Source of the DNA: Pseudomonadota bacterium
GTDB taxonomy: Bacteria > Pseudomonadota > Gammaproteobacteria > JAGOUN01
DNA length: 32,000 nt
Reading direction: 5' to 3'
NCBI GenBank assembly: GCA_040389005.1
Contig: JAZKAS010000032.1
Location: 17,738 to 49,737 of the forward strand
The notes beneath the pieces are model-generated. The model saw nothing but the letters and a program-made list of their open reading frames with translations, made no database searches and had not been told where the DNA came from. This document shows positions 17,904-26,749 of the stretch, in pieces (the stretch's first letter is position 1; every line of letters starts with the position of its first letter). Position numbers and translations under genes: made by a program.

Positions 17904-18157
17904 TGGGTATACCCCATTTTGCTTGAGTCCGTTTTATGACTCGCAATTAAGGCATGGATATCTTCAGCGTGCCAGGCAGTACAGCGAGGAGATAACTTTA
18001 TTGGCTTAGGGTATTTTCCAGATTTTACTCCAGCCCAAAAACTTGACCTCGAGATCGGGTAGACTGCAAGCACTTGTGGTAAGCGTACAAATCCTTTTTC
18101 AGGGATAATAGATTGAGAAATGATCGTTTGACCATTGTGATTATTAAATTGAACCAT
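17900..18157 (-). CDS. alpA: AlpA-family phage regulatory protein / excisionase-type HTH
   Basis: FVRLPQVLAVYPISRSSFWAGVKSGKYPKPIKLSPRCTAWHAEDIHALI matches the AlpA/CP4-57 regulatory protein pattern. Confidence 0.8.
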   Translation of the reverse strand: MVQFNNHNGQTIISQSIIPEKGFVRLPQVLAVYPISRSSFWAGVKSGKYPKPIKLSPRCTAWHAEDIHALIASHKTDSSKMGYTH

Positions 18158-18186
18158 AATATATCCTTATATTTATAGTTAGCGAC

Positions 18187-18633
18187 ATCCGATAAGATAA
18201 GATGCAGCTTTGCTGATTAGGGCATGATTTTTTTAAAGCGCCCGTGGGTTTATTGGCGAAATCCTTTCACCAGTTTTCTTATAGGCATTCAGAATTGATT
18301 GCTTGATTATATTTACAGTTAAGTTACCTCATAATACCTCCTTGTATTTATGCCTATGGTTAATTGGCCATGCCCGATAAGATGCAATTTTTCTGATTAG
18401 ATCAGAATTTTGTAAAAAAATATTGTGGGTTTGCTGGTGAAAGTCTTTCACCAATTTTTCTATAGACACGGTTTCTTGAATAGAAAGAGTTGATTACCTG
18501 CACTTATATTGGCGCTTTACTGCGTCCAATAAAATCCAAGCACATCAACTATATCACAATTTTACAAAAAGTCAAGCAATTTACACTCAGCAGTTTATTG
18601 GCGCGAGACTTTTACCAATTTCACTATAGGCAT
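18187..18633. repeat. iteron-like direct repeats (two ~105-bp units plus a third core copy)
   Basis: Cores are GTGGGTTTATTGGCGAAATCCTTTCACCAGTTTTCTTATAGGCAT (18244-18288), GTGGGTTTGCTGGTGAAAGTCTTTCACCAATTTTTCTATAGACAC (18425-18469) and CAGTTTATTGGCGCGAGACTTTTACCAATTTCACTATAGGCAT (18591-18633). Units 1 and 2 also share CGATAAGAT...CTGATTAG upstream. Confidence 0.75.
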
Positions 18634-18706
18634 GATGGCATTGAAAAGTAAGTAACTTATTCAAATAATCTTTTAATTGCTACTGCTTAGTTTTGTATTT
18701 ATTTAG

Positions 18707-19900
18707 TTATTTATGGCTAGATTTTAATTGATCCAAATAATCCGCCCACTGCTGCATCATCTTGCGTCTCTCCGCTAAATGTGCCGTGCGGTTATAGGCT
18801 CTACCGTTCGGATCACGCACTGCATGACCTAATTGATGCTCGATAAAATCAGGCCGTACACCCAGCACTTCATCTAATACAGTGCGTGCCATCGCTCGAA
18901 ATCCATGACCACTCATTTCTTCTTTTGCAAATCCCATACGTCGCAACGCGGCGAGCACGGCGTTATTACTCATTGGGCGTAATGTAGAGCGTGCGCTAGG
19001 AAAAACATATCTGCCTGTTCCTGTCAAAGCGTAAATCTCTTTGAGTATGTTTATTGATTGTGTAGAGAGCGGCACTAGAAGCGGTTGTCGCATCTTCATT
19101 CGTTCTGCGGGTATATTCCACTCAGCTTTTTCTAAATCGATCTCTGCCCATTCAGCGGCGCGTAATTCTCCAGGACGTACAAAAACAAGCGGTGCAAGTT
19201 TTAATGCGCATTTAGTCACGAGCATTCCTTGATAATCATCTATCGCTCTTAATAATGGCGCAATTTCTTCAGGTTGTGTGAATGCGGCAAGATGTTTTGC
19301 TTTAGTTGCTGGTAATGCGCCTTTTAAATCGGGTACAGGGTCACGTTCGCATCGACTAGTGGCAATGCCGTACCTAAAAACTTGGCTACAATTTTGTTGC
19401 ACTCGGTGCGCTGTTTCTAATGCGCCTCGCTCCTCTATACGTTGCACTACTTTAAGTAATGTTGACGCGGTGATGTCGGCTATTGACATTTCGCCAAGCC
19501 ACGGGAAGATATCTTTTTCTAAGCGCTTTAAAAGTCTGTCGCCGTGAGAGGCTGACCAATTAGCAGAATATTTAGAATGCCACTCTCTTGCGACCACCTC
19601 GAAGCTATTCTCACTTTTTGCTAAGCGGCTTGCTTTCACGGCTTTACGGTTCTCGCTGGGGTCGATCTGTTGTGCCAATAGCTTTCGAGCTTCATCGCGG
19701 CGTTCGCGAGCGTCTTTAAGGCTGACTTCTGGATAGGTGCCTAATGAGATACGTTTCTCTTTACCGTCAACGCGATACTTAAGGCGCCACCATTTACCGC
19801 CTGCGGGTGAAATCTCCAAGTACATGCCTTTCTCATCAGAGAGCTTGTAGGTTTTATCTTTAGGCTTGCTCGTGCGTATGGTTATGTCAGTCAGGCTCAT
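18707..19900 (-). CDS. int: tyrosine recombinase, P4/CP4-57 integrase family
   Basis: The N-terminal arm-binding domain reads LTDITIRTSKPKDKTYKLSDEKGMYLEISPAGGKWWRLKYRVDGKEKRISLGTYPEVSLKDAR. The catalytic region contains HGFRAMARTVL, HQLGHAV and RAYNRTAHLAERRKMMQQWADYL. Confidence 0.92.
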   Translation of the reverse strand: MSLTDITIRTSKPKDKTYKLSDEKGMYLEISPAGGKWWRLKYRVDGKEKRISLGTYPEVSLKDARERRDEARKLLAQQIDPSENRKAVKASRLAKSENSFEVVAREWHSKYSANWSASHGDRLLKRLEKDIFPWLGEMSIADITASTLLKVVQRIEERGALETAHRVQQNCSQVFRYGIATSRCERDPVPDLKGALPATKAKHLAAFTQPEEIAPLLRAIDDYQGMLVTKCALKLAPLVFVRPGELRAAEWAEIDLEKAEWNIPAERMKMRQPLLVPLSTQSINILKEIYALTGTGRYVFPSARSTLRPMSNNAVLAALRRMGFAKEEMSGHGFRAMARTVLDEVLGVRPDFIEHQLGHAVRDPNGRAYNRTAHLAERRKMMQQWADYLDQLKSSHK

Positions 19901-19930
19901 TTGGGGGCAGCAACTTTGTTGTTAATCAAG

Positions 19931-19950
19931 ATGCCCCCGATATTGCCCCC
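19931..19950 (+). repeat. copy C of the C-rich core ATGCCCCCGATATTGCCCCC; candidate int-proximal att core
   Basis: It lies 30 bp from the int start codon and 115 bp from the tmRNA 3' end. An inverted partial copy, TTGGGGGCAGCAACTTT, lies at 19901-19917. Confidence 0.6.
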
Positions 19951-20064
19951 ACTTAATGGTGGATGTCAATAGACGGTCTAAGACCAGAATGGACTTGAAA
20001 ACGGCGTAAGTACTTGATATTTTGTGCTAAGTTGGACTTTGTTGGACGTCGTGAGATGGACAAT

Positions 20065-20437
20065 TGGTGGAGGCGGCGGGAGTTGAACCCGCGTCCGCAA
20101 ACTCTACGCCTTCGCTTCTACATGCTTAGTCTTGTCTTTATTTGATTCTGCGTCGCCGACAAGAAGGCGTTCACAGAACGAAGCTTTAATTGATTTTCGG
20201 GATTTAAGTCAAAGCACCTTAAATCATTATCTTATGAATATTACCGTTCCCCAATCCCATAAGCAGAATCAGTTCGCGGCAACGACATTAAGCGGCTTTA
20301 GCTATTTCTAGATCAGCAGCGTCGTTGTAAATTGCATTATTTGCGATTATATTTACTTGTAATACGTTTAACGAGATTACTACGTGCTCGGCATGCGGCT
20401 CGGGTTTCGCTATTCACGTCGAAGCCAGAACGCCCCC
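20065..20437 (-). ncRNA. ssrA: tmRNA (transfer-messenger RNA)
   Basis: The minus strand reads GGGGGCGTTCTGGCTTCGACG at the 5' end and GGACGCGGGTTCAACTCCCGCCGCCTCCACCA at the 3' end. The internal tag ORF starts AATC|GCA AAT AAT... and ends GCC GCT TAA. Confidence 0.95.
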
Positions 20438-20449
20438 ATTGAATTGACG

Positions 20450-20458
20450 ATTATATCA
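20450..20458 (-). promoter_or_regulatory. putative extended -10 (TGATATAAT) for ssrA
   Basis: The minus strand reads TGATATAAT, followed by 12 nt and then the mature tmRNA 5' end. The -35 is weak. Confidence 0.4.
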
Positions 20459-20472
20459 CAAATTGTGAAAGA

Positions 20473-21294
20473 TTAAAGCATATCTGAAATTAATCGCCCT
20501 TCTATCGGCACAAGAAAATTGGCTTTGCCCAATTCGTTATAGGCGCAAGGCTCATGAAAATCAGACCCTATCGACATAGCTAAATCAAGTTGTTTGGCTA
20601 AATTTGCCATTAGCATTTGATCAGATTTATTTTGATTGGTAGTAGCAACTTCAATACCTTCGCCACCCGCAGCTTTGAATTCTTCAAACATCGTGGTTGT
20701 TTTTTTGATGGTGAGATCATAACGTCGTGGATGAGCAATAACCGGAAGCCCGCCGGCATCGCGAATCATTTGCGCCGCATCGGCTAATGACATCCATTCG
20801 GATTTAACATACCCCGGTTTGCCGCGCGCCATAAATTGTTTGAACGCTTTGCCAGGCGCTAAAGCATAACCTCGGCTTACCAAATAACGCGCGAAATGCA
20901 GCCTTCCGGGCACGCCTTTAACGTATCGAGCAATACCTTCTTCAACACCTGGAATACCAAACTTAATGAGTTTTTTAGTGATTTGTTCAGCACGATTCTG
21001 TCGAGCATGCATGACACCATTGAGCTTATCGCGCAAGGGTTGGTGCAATATATTAACGTTCAAGCCGATCATATGAATGGTTTGTTCACGCCATAAACAA
21101 GAAACCTCTATACCAGGGATTATTCGGATGGCATGTGATTGGGCGGCAAGTATAGCTTCGTCGATCCCCATGACGGTATCGTGATCGGTTAAAGCCAGAA
21201 TATCGACCTGCTTTTCTATCGCACGTTGCACAAGTTCGGTGGGTGATAAAACACCGTCTGAATAGTAAGTATGGGCGTGAAGATCAATTTTCAT
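20473..21294 (-). CDS. yciV: PHP-domain phosphoesterase (TrpH/YciV, RNase AM-like)
   Basis: MKIDLHAHTYYSDGVLSP...ALTDHDT... is the PHP family N-terminal signature, and the length is about 273 aa. The gene neighbours yciB. Confidence 0.8.
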   Translation of the reverse strand: MKIDLHAHTYYSDGVLSPTELVQRAIEKQVDILALTDHDTVMGIDEAILAAQSHAIRIIPGIEVSCLWREQTIHMIGLNVNILHQPLRDKLNGVMHARQNRAEQITKKLIKFGIPGVEEGIARYVKGVPGRLHFARYLVSRGYALAPGKAFKQFMARGKPGYVKSEWMSLADAAQMIRDAGGLPVIAHPRRYDLTIKKTTTMFEEFKAAGGEGIEVATTNQNKSDQMLMANLAKQLDLAMSIGSDFHEPCAYNELGKANFLVPIEGRLISDML

Positions 21295-21365
21295 AAAAAG
21301 GCATTGTATTTTGAGATTAAATTTTGCCTATGATAGACTGGTTACATCAAAAGTGTGAGGATTTT

Positions 21366-21929
21366 ATGCAGATTTTTTACGATTTATTCCCTTTGTTCTT
21401 CTTTTTCATTGCTTATAAATTTATGGGGATTTATGTGGCGACGGGTGTGGCAATTGCCGCGAGCGTCATTCAAGTGGTATATACGCGAATCCGGCATAAA
21501 AATTATCAAACCATCCAAGTGGTGACGTGCGTGATGATTGTGGTGTTTGGCGGTATGACGCTCGCTTTTCATAATCCTGTTTTCATTAAATGGAAACCCA
21601 CGATGATCAACTGGATTTTAGCGATCATCTTTATCGGCAGCCAACATATCGGCAAACAATCGGTATTACAACGTATGTTGCATGACAAAATCTCAGCACC
21701 CGCTTATGTTTGGCGTACGCTTAATACGATGTGGGTGAGTTTTTTTATTTTTACGGGCACTTTGAATTTGATCGTCGCTTATAATGTTGATACCGATACT
21801 TGGGTCAACTTTAAAGTCTTTGGCATGTTAGGATTAACGTTTATTTTTGGTGTTATTCAAGCGTTTTATTTAGCAAAACATATTAAAACATCGGGGCCAG
21901 CAGTAGAAAATAATCATGCTAACAATTGA
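21366..21929 (+). CDS. yciB: intracellular septation protein A (YciB/IspZ)
   Basis: From the in-frame ATG at 21366 the protein begins MQIFYDLFPLFFFFIAYKF, the typical YciB N-terminus, and is polytopic. The track start at 21324 (TTG) is probably too far upstream. Confidence 0.8.
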   Translation: MQIFYDLFPLFFFFIAYKFMGIYVATGVAIAASVIQVVYTRIRHKNYQTIQVVTCVMIVVFGGMTLAFHNPVFIKWKPTMINWILAIIFIGSQHIGKQSVLQRMLHDKISAPAYVWRTLNTMWVSFFIFTGTLNLIVAYNVDTDTWVNFKVFGMLGLTFIFGVIQAFYLAKHIKTSGPAVENNHANN

Positions 21930-22167
21930 ACTGATGCGATCACGTATTTCGGCGCTAATTTCACCGACGCATCTTGAAATTATCGATGACAGTCATAAAC
22001 ATATTGGCCACACGGGCAATACGGGCGGCGGGCATTTTACGCTGATTATTTCGGCAGAAAAATTAAATGGGCTTTCAAAATTAGCGAGTCATCGTTTAAT
22101 TTATTCTGCCGTAAACGATTTAATACCAGAAAAAATTCATGCTTTAGCCATCAAAATTAAAGCATAA
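21916..22167 (+). CDS. BolA-family protein
   Basis: An 83-aa protein with [11 protein letters not shown]...[26 protein letters not shown]...IHALAIK, the BolA pattern. Confidence 0.8.
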   Translation: MLTIELMRSRISALISPTHLEIIDDSHKHIGHTGNTGGGHFTLIISAEKLNGLSKLASHRLIYSAVNDLIPEKIHALAIKIKA

Positions 22168-23144
22168 TCGATCAAAACTAGCGCCAACATTGCTTCAACA
22201 ACAGGTACGCCACGAATGCCGACACACGGATCATGTCGCCCGGTGGTAATAATTTCAGTTTCTTCGCCCATTGTTGTAATCGTTTTTGCAGGTTGTGTAA
22301 TGCTCGATGTGGGTTTAAATGCTACCGAAGCTTTAATTATTTGTCCGGAACTAATACCGCCCAAAACCCCACCGGCATGATTCGATAAAAATCTCGTTGA
22401 ATCCATTTCATCACGATGTTCACTGCCCTTTTGCTCGATACACGCAAAACCATCACCGATTTCAACGCCTTTTACTGCAGGAATACTCATAAGCGCTTTT
22501 GCAATTTCTGCATCTAAACGATCAAACACCGGTTCGCCCAATCCTGCAGGAACATTTTTTGCAATGACATCAACGCGCGCGCCGATGGAATTTCCTTCAC
22601 GACGTAACTGCGTAATCAAACTTTCCAATTCATCTGCATTATTTTCAGTAATTCGCAATGAACCCACTTGCGTTAAAAATCCATTGATTTCAATTTGATA
22701 TTTTTCACGTAAATATTTTTTCGCGATCGCACCTGCGGCAACGCGTAAAACCGTTTCACGCGCAGAAGCGCGTCCACCACCGTAATAATCTCGAATACCG
22801 TATTTTTGAAAATACGTATAATCTGCGTGACCAGGTCGAAATTTATGTTTGATGTCTTCGTAATCACTTGCACGCTGATTCGTATTTTCGATTAACAATC
22901 CAATGGGAGTACCTGTAGTAACACCTTCAAATACACCCGAAATAATTTTCACCTGATCAGGCTCACGACGTTGTGATGTCAGTGAAGATTGACCGGGTTT
23001 ACGTCGATCTAATTCTTGCTGAATATCGTCTTCAGATAACAATAATCCTGCGGGGCAGCCATCGATAATTCCCATATATGCTGGGCCGTGACTTTCACCA
23101 CAAGACGTTAAGCGAAATAAAGTTCCAAAAGAATTACCAGACAT
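22137..23144 (-). CDS. aroC: chorismate synthase
   Basis: [33 protein letters not shown] and [10 protein letters not shown], followed by the HDPCV region. The gene is co-oriented with prmB, as in enterobacterial synteny. Confidence 0.92.
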   Translation of the reverse strand: MSGNSFGTLFRLTSCGESHGPAYMGIIDGCPAGLLLSEDDIQQELDRRKPGQSSLTSQRREPDQVKIISGVFEGVTTGTPIGLLIENTNQRASDYEDIKHKFRPGHADYTYFQKYGIRDYYGGGRASARETVLRVAAGAIAKKYLREKYQIEINGFLTQVGSLRITENNADELESLITQLRREGNSIGARVDVIAKNVPAGLGEPVFDRLDAEIAKALMSIPAVKGVEIGDGFACIEQKGSEHRDEMDSTRFLSNHAGGVLGGISSGQIIKASVAFKPTSSITQPAKTITTMGEETEIITTGRHDPCVGIRGVPVVEAMLALVLIDYALILMAKA

Positions 23145-24012
23145 TCAATAAATCCTCTTTATTTAACATAAACACGCCCTCGCCACCCATCTCAAACTCT
23201 AACCAAACAAAAGGCAAATTGGGATAATGCTCTTCCATTATCTGCCAAGTATTTCCGACTTCGACGATTAATATTCCATTATCTTTTAAATGACGCGCCG
23301 CTTGTTTTAAAATTTGATCGACAATATCTAAACCCAAATCGCCCGATACCAAGGCCATTGTCGGTTCATGCTCAAATTCTTCTGGCAATGATTGCATTTC
23401 TTCTTGGCCGACATACGGCGGATTACTGACAATAATATCGTATTGTTTATGCTTCACCGGATGAAATAAATCACCCTGTAGTAAATGCACTTGATTCGTT
23501 AAATTATGTTGCTCTACATTTATTCTTGCGACATCTAACGCATCTTGTGATAAATCCACCGCGTCGATATTGGCATTTTCAAACGCATACGCACACGCGA
23601 TTGCAATACAACCGCTGCCGGTGCAAAGATCTAAAACGTCGGTCACCGTTTCTGGATCGATCCAGGGCTCGAAATAATTACAAATCACTTCAGCCAATGG
23701 CGAACGTGGAATCAACACGCGCTCATCAACATAAAACGGCAAACCACAAAACCAAGCTTTATGCGTTAAGTACGGCACAGGCACATGCGCATTAACGCGC
23801 TGATGAATGAGAGTTATTAATTCTTCTGGATTTTCAAGCGGAATAGCAGCGAGCGCCTCATCGCTCATATCATGCGATAAATTAAGCACATCAATCACTA
23901 ATGCATATGCTTCATCCAAAGCATTATCGGTTCCGTGGCCATAAAAAATATCGGATTGCTCGAAAAATTTATTCGCGTATTGAATTGCTTGTAATGGATT
24001 ATTCACTCGCAT
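23134..24012 (-). CDS. prmB: 50S ribosomal protein L3 glutamine N5-methyltransferase
   Basis: [17 protein letters not shown] is the PrmB-type N-terminus. [10 protein letters not shown] is the SAM-binding motif and VSNPPYV the NPPY motif. The gene lies upstream of aroC. Confidence 0.85.
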   Translation of the reverse strand: MRVNNPLQAIQYANKFFEQSDIFYGHGTDNALDEAYALVIDVLNLSHDMSDEALAAIPLENPEELITLIHQRVNAHVPVPYLTHKAWFCGLPFYVDERVLIPRSPLAEVICNYFEPWIDPETVTDVLDLCTGSGCIAIACAYAFENANIDAVDLSQDALDVARINVEQHNLTNQVHLLQGDLFHPVKHKQYDIIVSNPPYVGQEEMQSLPEEFEHEPTMALVSGDLGLDIVDQILKQAARHLKDNGILIVEVGNTWQIMEEHYPNLPFVWLEFEMGGEGVFMLNKEDLLNVW

Positions 24013-24102
24013 AGCTAACTAAAATGAGAAAAAGATGTGTAAGAGTCTACCATCCATCACGAAAATTCGATACTATCCTAAAAACAATTTATCAGGATCA
24101 GT

Positions 24103-24510
24103 ATGAGCAAGACTGTCGTATCCCCCTACGCAAACTGCTCAAAAATCTCCCCTGAAAGCTATCTTTTTCAAGCAAATTCCAGTTTAGGCCCCAAAATTAT
24201 TCGTAAATTGAAACAAGGTAACTATGTTCTAGAAGCCACCTTAGATTTACATGGTTATATTTTGAGCCAAGCGGAAGATACCCTAGAAGAATTTATTCAA
24301 GAATGTTTAGAGGATAGTTTGCGCTGTGTTCTGATAATACACGGCAAAGGATCACAAGCTATTTTAAAAAATCACGTCAATGATTACCTTCAATATCACT
24401 CGCAAGTGCTCGCTTTTTGTTCAGCCAAATCAAAAGATGGCGGCACGGGTGCAATTTATGCTTTATTAAAAAAACAACACTCAACAGGAGACAACTGTGA
24501 AGAAAAATAA
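24103..24510 (+). CDS. smrB: Smr-domain endonuclease (SmrB-like)
   Basis: LDLHGYILSQAEDTLEEFI...VLIIHGKG...LKNHVNDYL...GGTGAIYALL is the Smr domain pattern. The gene is divergent from prmB, as in E. coli (from memory). Confidence 0.7.
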   Translation: MSKTVVSPYANCSKISPESYLFQANSSLGPKIIRKLKQGNYVLEATLDLHGYILSQAEDTLEEFIQECLEDSLRCVLIIHGKGSQAILKNHVNDYLQYHSQVLAFCSAKSKDGGTGAIYALLKKQHSTGDNCEEK

Positions 24511-25129
24511 AATAATCGTTATTGGCATTGCAGGTGCCTCAGGCTCAGGCAAAAGCCTCCTCGCAAACAATATTGTCAGCGAGCTCGGAACCGACCAAGT
24601 TGTAGTGATTTCCGAAGATTCTTATTACAAAGATCAAAGCCAACTTTCCTTTGAAGATCGAGCCAAAGTCAATTATGACCACCCCAACTCGTTTGATCAT
24701 GATTTGCTGAGCGAGCATTTGACTCAACTACAAAACTGGAAGACCGTCGACGTGCCTATGTACGACCACTCTCAACACGTACGCAAAAATCAAACTCGTA
24801 AAGTGGGTAACCACCGCATTATTGTCTTAGAAGGCATTTTATTATTTGTTGATCCTGAGCTTAGAAAGAAAATGGACATCAAAATCTATATGGATACCGC
24901 GCTTGATACCTGCTTAATTCGCCGCTTAAGACGCGATATTGTTGAGCGCGCGCGTACGTTTGATTCCGTGATTGAGCAATACGAATCCACCGTTCGCCCC
25001 ATGTATTTGCGCTTTATTGAGCCATCTCGCTTGCATGCTGATCTTATCGTTCCCCGTGGCGGTGAAAATCGCATTGCGATCGATATGATTAAAGCAAAAA
25101 TGCGTGAATTATTAGGTAACGAGGCTTGA
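24497..25129 (+). CDS. udk: uridine kinase
   Basis: GTG start. IGIAGASGSGKS is the P-loop, with NYDHPNSFDHDLL and VLEGILLF also present. Confidence 0.9.
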   Translation: MKKNKIIVIGIAGASGSGKSLLANNIVSELGTDQVVVISEDSYYKDQSQLSFEDRAKVNYDHPNSFDHDLLSEHLTQLQNWKTVDVPMYDHSQHVRKNQTRKVGNHRIIVLEGILLFVDPELRKKMDIKIYMDTALDTCLIRRLRRDIVERARTFDSVIEQYESTVRPMYLRFIEPSRLHADLIVPRGGENRIAIDMIKAKMRELLGNEA

Positions 25130-25140
25130 CCGAAGGCCAC

Positions 25141-25166
25141 GAGGCGTTTACTATAGCGCCTCTTTG
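25141..25166 (+). terminator. putative rho-independent terminator after udk
   Basis: GAGGCG (25141-25146) pairs with CGCCTC (25157-25162) around a 10-nt loop (25147-25156), followed by TTTGG. Confidence 0.4.
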
Positions 25167-25170
25167 GTAT

Positions 25171-25246
<76 letters not shown>

Positions 25247-25433
25247 TTCTAATTCTGTAACTAGCTGAAAACACTAGAGTTTCAGTTCTTACCTAAAGAA
25301 AAGGTCACCCTTTGGTTACCCTAATGTGAAATCGTAAAAAATCCCTTGTCTTGTGTTAATAGCTAAAATAGGCAAGGCCAAAGTTTTCATGAATTAACAA
25401 AAATAAAATCATATGAAGTAACAAGCCTAAATC

Positions 25434-26513
25434 TTAAATAGGCGGCGCTATGGCAGCTTCGGTGTTACCGCCAATATTTGCTGAAATTCCTCCCACTGGT
25501 CCAAAAACAGAAAGACCAGGGGAAGACAGTGAGGCTGAAGCACTGAGTACATCCTGGGCGGCAATAGGAGGTACGACAGGCATATTACTAATGAATCTTG
25601 TGCCTGCCATAATTAAGGCTGGATCCTTTGGGTAATACTCAATTGTTAGATCAAGATTTCGGGTGTTTGCAGCTGTATTGTCAAAAATATCCTTTAGTCC
25701 TACAAGATGCGCATCTCCAACATTAAAGCGTATTTCATTCACATGTGTTGCCGAAAGAATTGATAGAATGTTTTTAACAAAAACCTTGTTCCTCGCTGTC
25801 ATGACTACTTCATTGTAAAAATCGTCGCCAGTAAGAGCGGCAAGCTGCGGAACTGAGTCAAAAAATAATACAAGCCTCTCTTCAGTTAATAATGGATTAT
25901 TGGAAAGCTCATGGTAAACAGTTTTAATTGAGAATAGAAGAAAAGAAGAAACTCTCTTTAATACACTATCAAGCTCACTTCTGATTTCTAAAACAGCCCT
26001 TAAAAACTGAATATTATATGTTTTTGTAGCTATAGCTGAGTCAAAACCTGCATCTGTAAATAATAAAGCATGCGCTTGAAGTGCTATTTTTACCTTGTTT
26101 TCAATTTTATATTTTATTAGTAGCTCCTGCATTTTGTCATGCGTAAAAGCCAATCTACATAAACTGATAACATCATTGATATAGCTTCTTACAATATAAA
26201 AAAGTTTTGCTTGAGAAGCCCCAGGTAAACGAGGAAACACATTCAAAATAGCAGCATCACCCCTAATATTAGCATCATGTAATTTTTGAATAGCTTGCAA
26301 TAAATTTGCATAATTTTTTAAAATAGACCCCAGACTTAATAAAAGAGAACACTCAACACCATATACATTATCAACGGGCGGCAAGGAAAAGCCCCCTCCT
26401 TCCATAAGCAAAATTATAGAACCATTTCTTGCTTGAAGAGTAAATTGATCCTGCCTGGCTTTATCACCCTCATCATCAAAATGATTTTCACCATAAATTT
26501 TTAAAGTTTTCAT
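25434..26513 (-). CDS. hypothetical protein (orphan, 359 aa)
   Basis: Long ORF with a Gly/Pro/Ala-rich C-terminal tail. No family recognised. It lies directly after tRNA-Asn. Confidence 0.55.
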   Translation of the reverse strand: MKTLKIYGENHFDDEGDKARQDQFTLQARNGSIILLMEGGGFSLPPVDNVYGVECSLLLSLGSILKNYANLLQAIQKLHDANIRGDAAILNVFPRLPGASQAKLFYIVRSYINDVISLCRLAFTHDKMQELLIKYKIENKVKIALQAHALLFTDAGFDSAIATKTYNIQFLRAVLEIRSELDSVLKRVSSFLLFSIKTVYHELSNNPLLTEERLVLFFDSVPQLAALTGDDFYNEVVMTARNKVFVKNILSILSATHVNEIRFNVGDAHLVGLKDIFDNTAANTRNLDLTIEYYPKDPALIMAGTRFISNMPVVPPIAAQDVLSASASLSSPGLSVFGPVGGISANIGGNTEAAIAPPI

Positions 26514-26749
26514 CAGGACTCCTGGCTATAAGAAATTTGTACCTAAATGGTTTCGAGGTCAATATGTATTTGGCTTGCCCATCAGCTGGCACATTTTCTC
26601 AACGAAATACCTTGCACAAAAAAAGCCTGGCGCATGTAAATATTTAGACTAGAAGCAAGCCTAAAAATGAACTACCATTTGCAGTAACTATATCATAATT
26701 TTAATAAAACTAAGACTTCTAGTAACATATGTATAAAGCGCATATCGGT

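Larger units (their letters stand above)
9178..19950 (-). mobile_element. P4/PICI-like integrative island adjacent to ssrA (boundaries tentative)
   Basis: int, alpA and primase-helicase core lie next to the tmRNA 3' end. There are no virion or conjugation genes. The island is bounded by 20-bp direct repeats at 9178 and 19931. Confidence 0.55.

Noticed and set aside
17541-18157. The AlpA gene plus the coupled 120-aa ORF were considered as a toxin-antitoxin pair.
   Set aside because: AlpA matches the excisionase/regulator family well. The 120-aa protein has no toxin motif that I recognise. A 4-bp overlap alone is insufficient.
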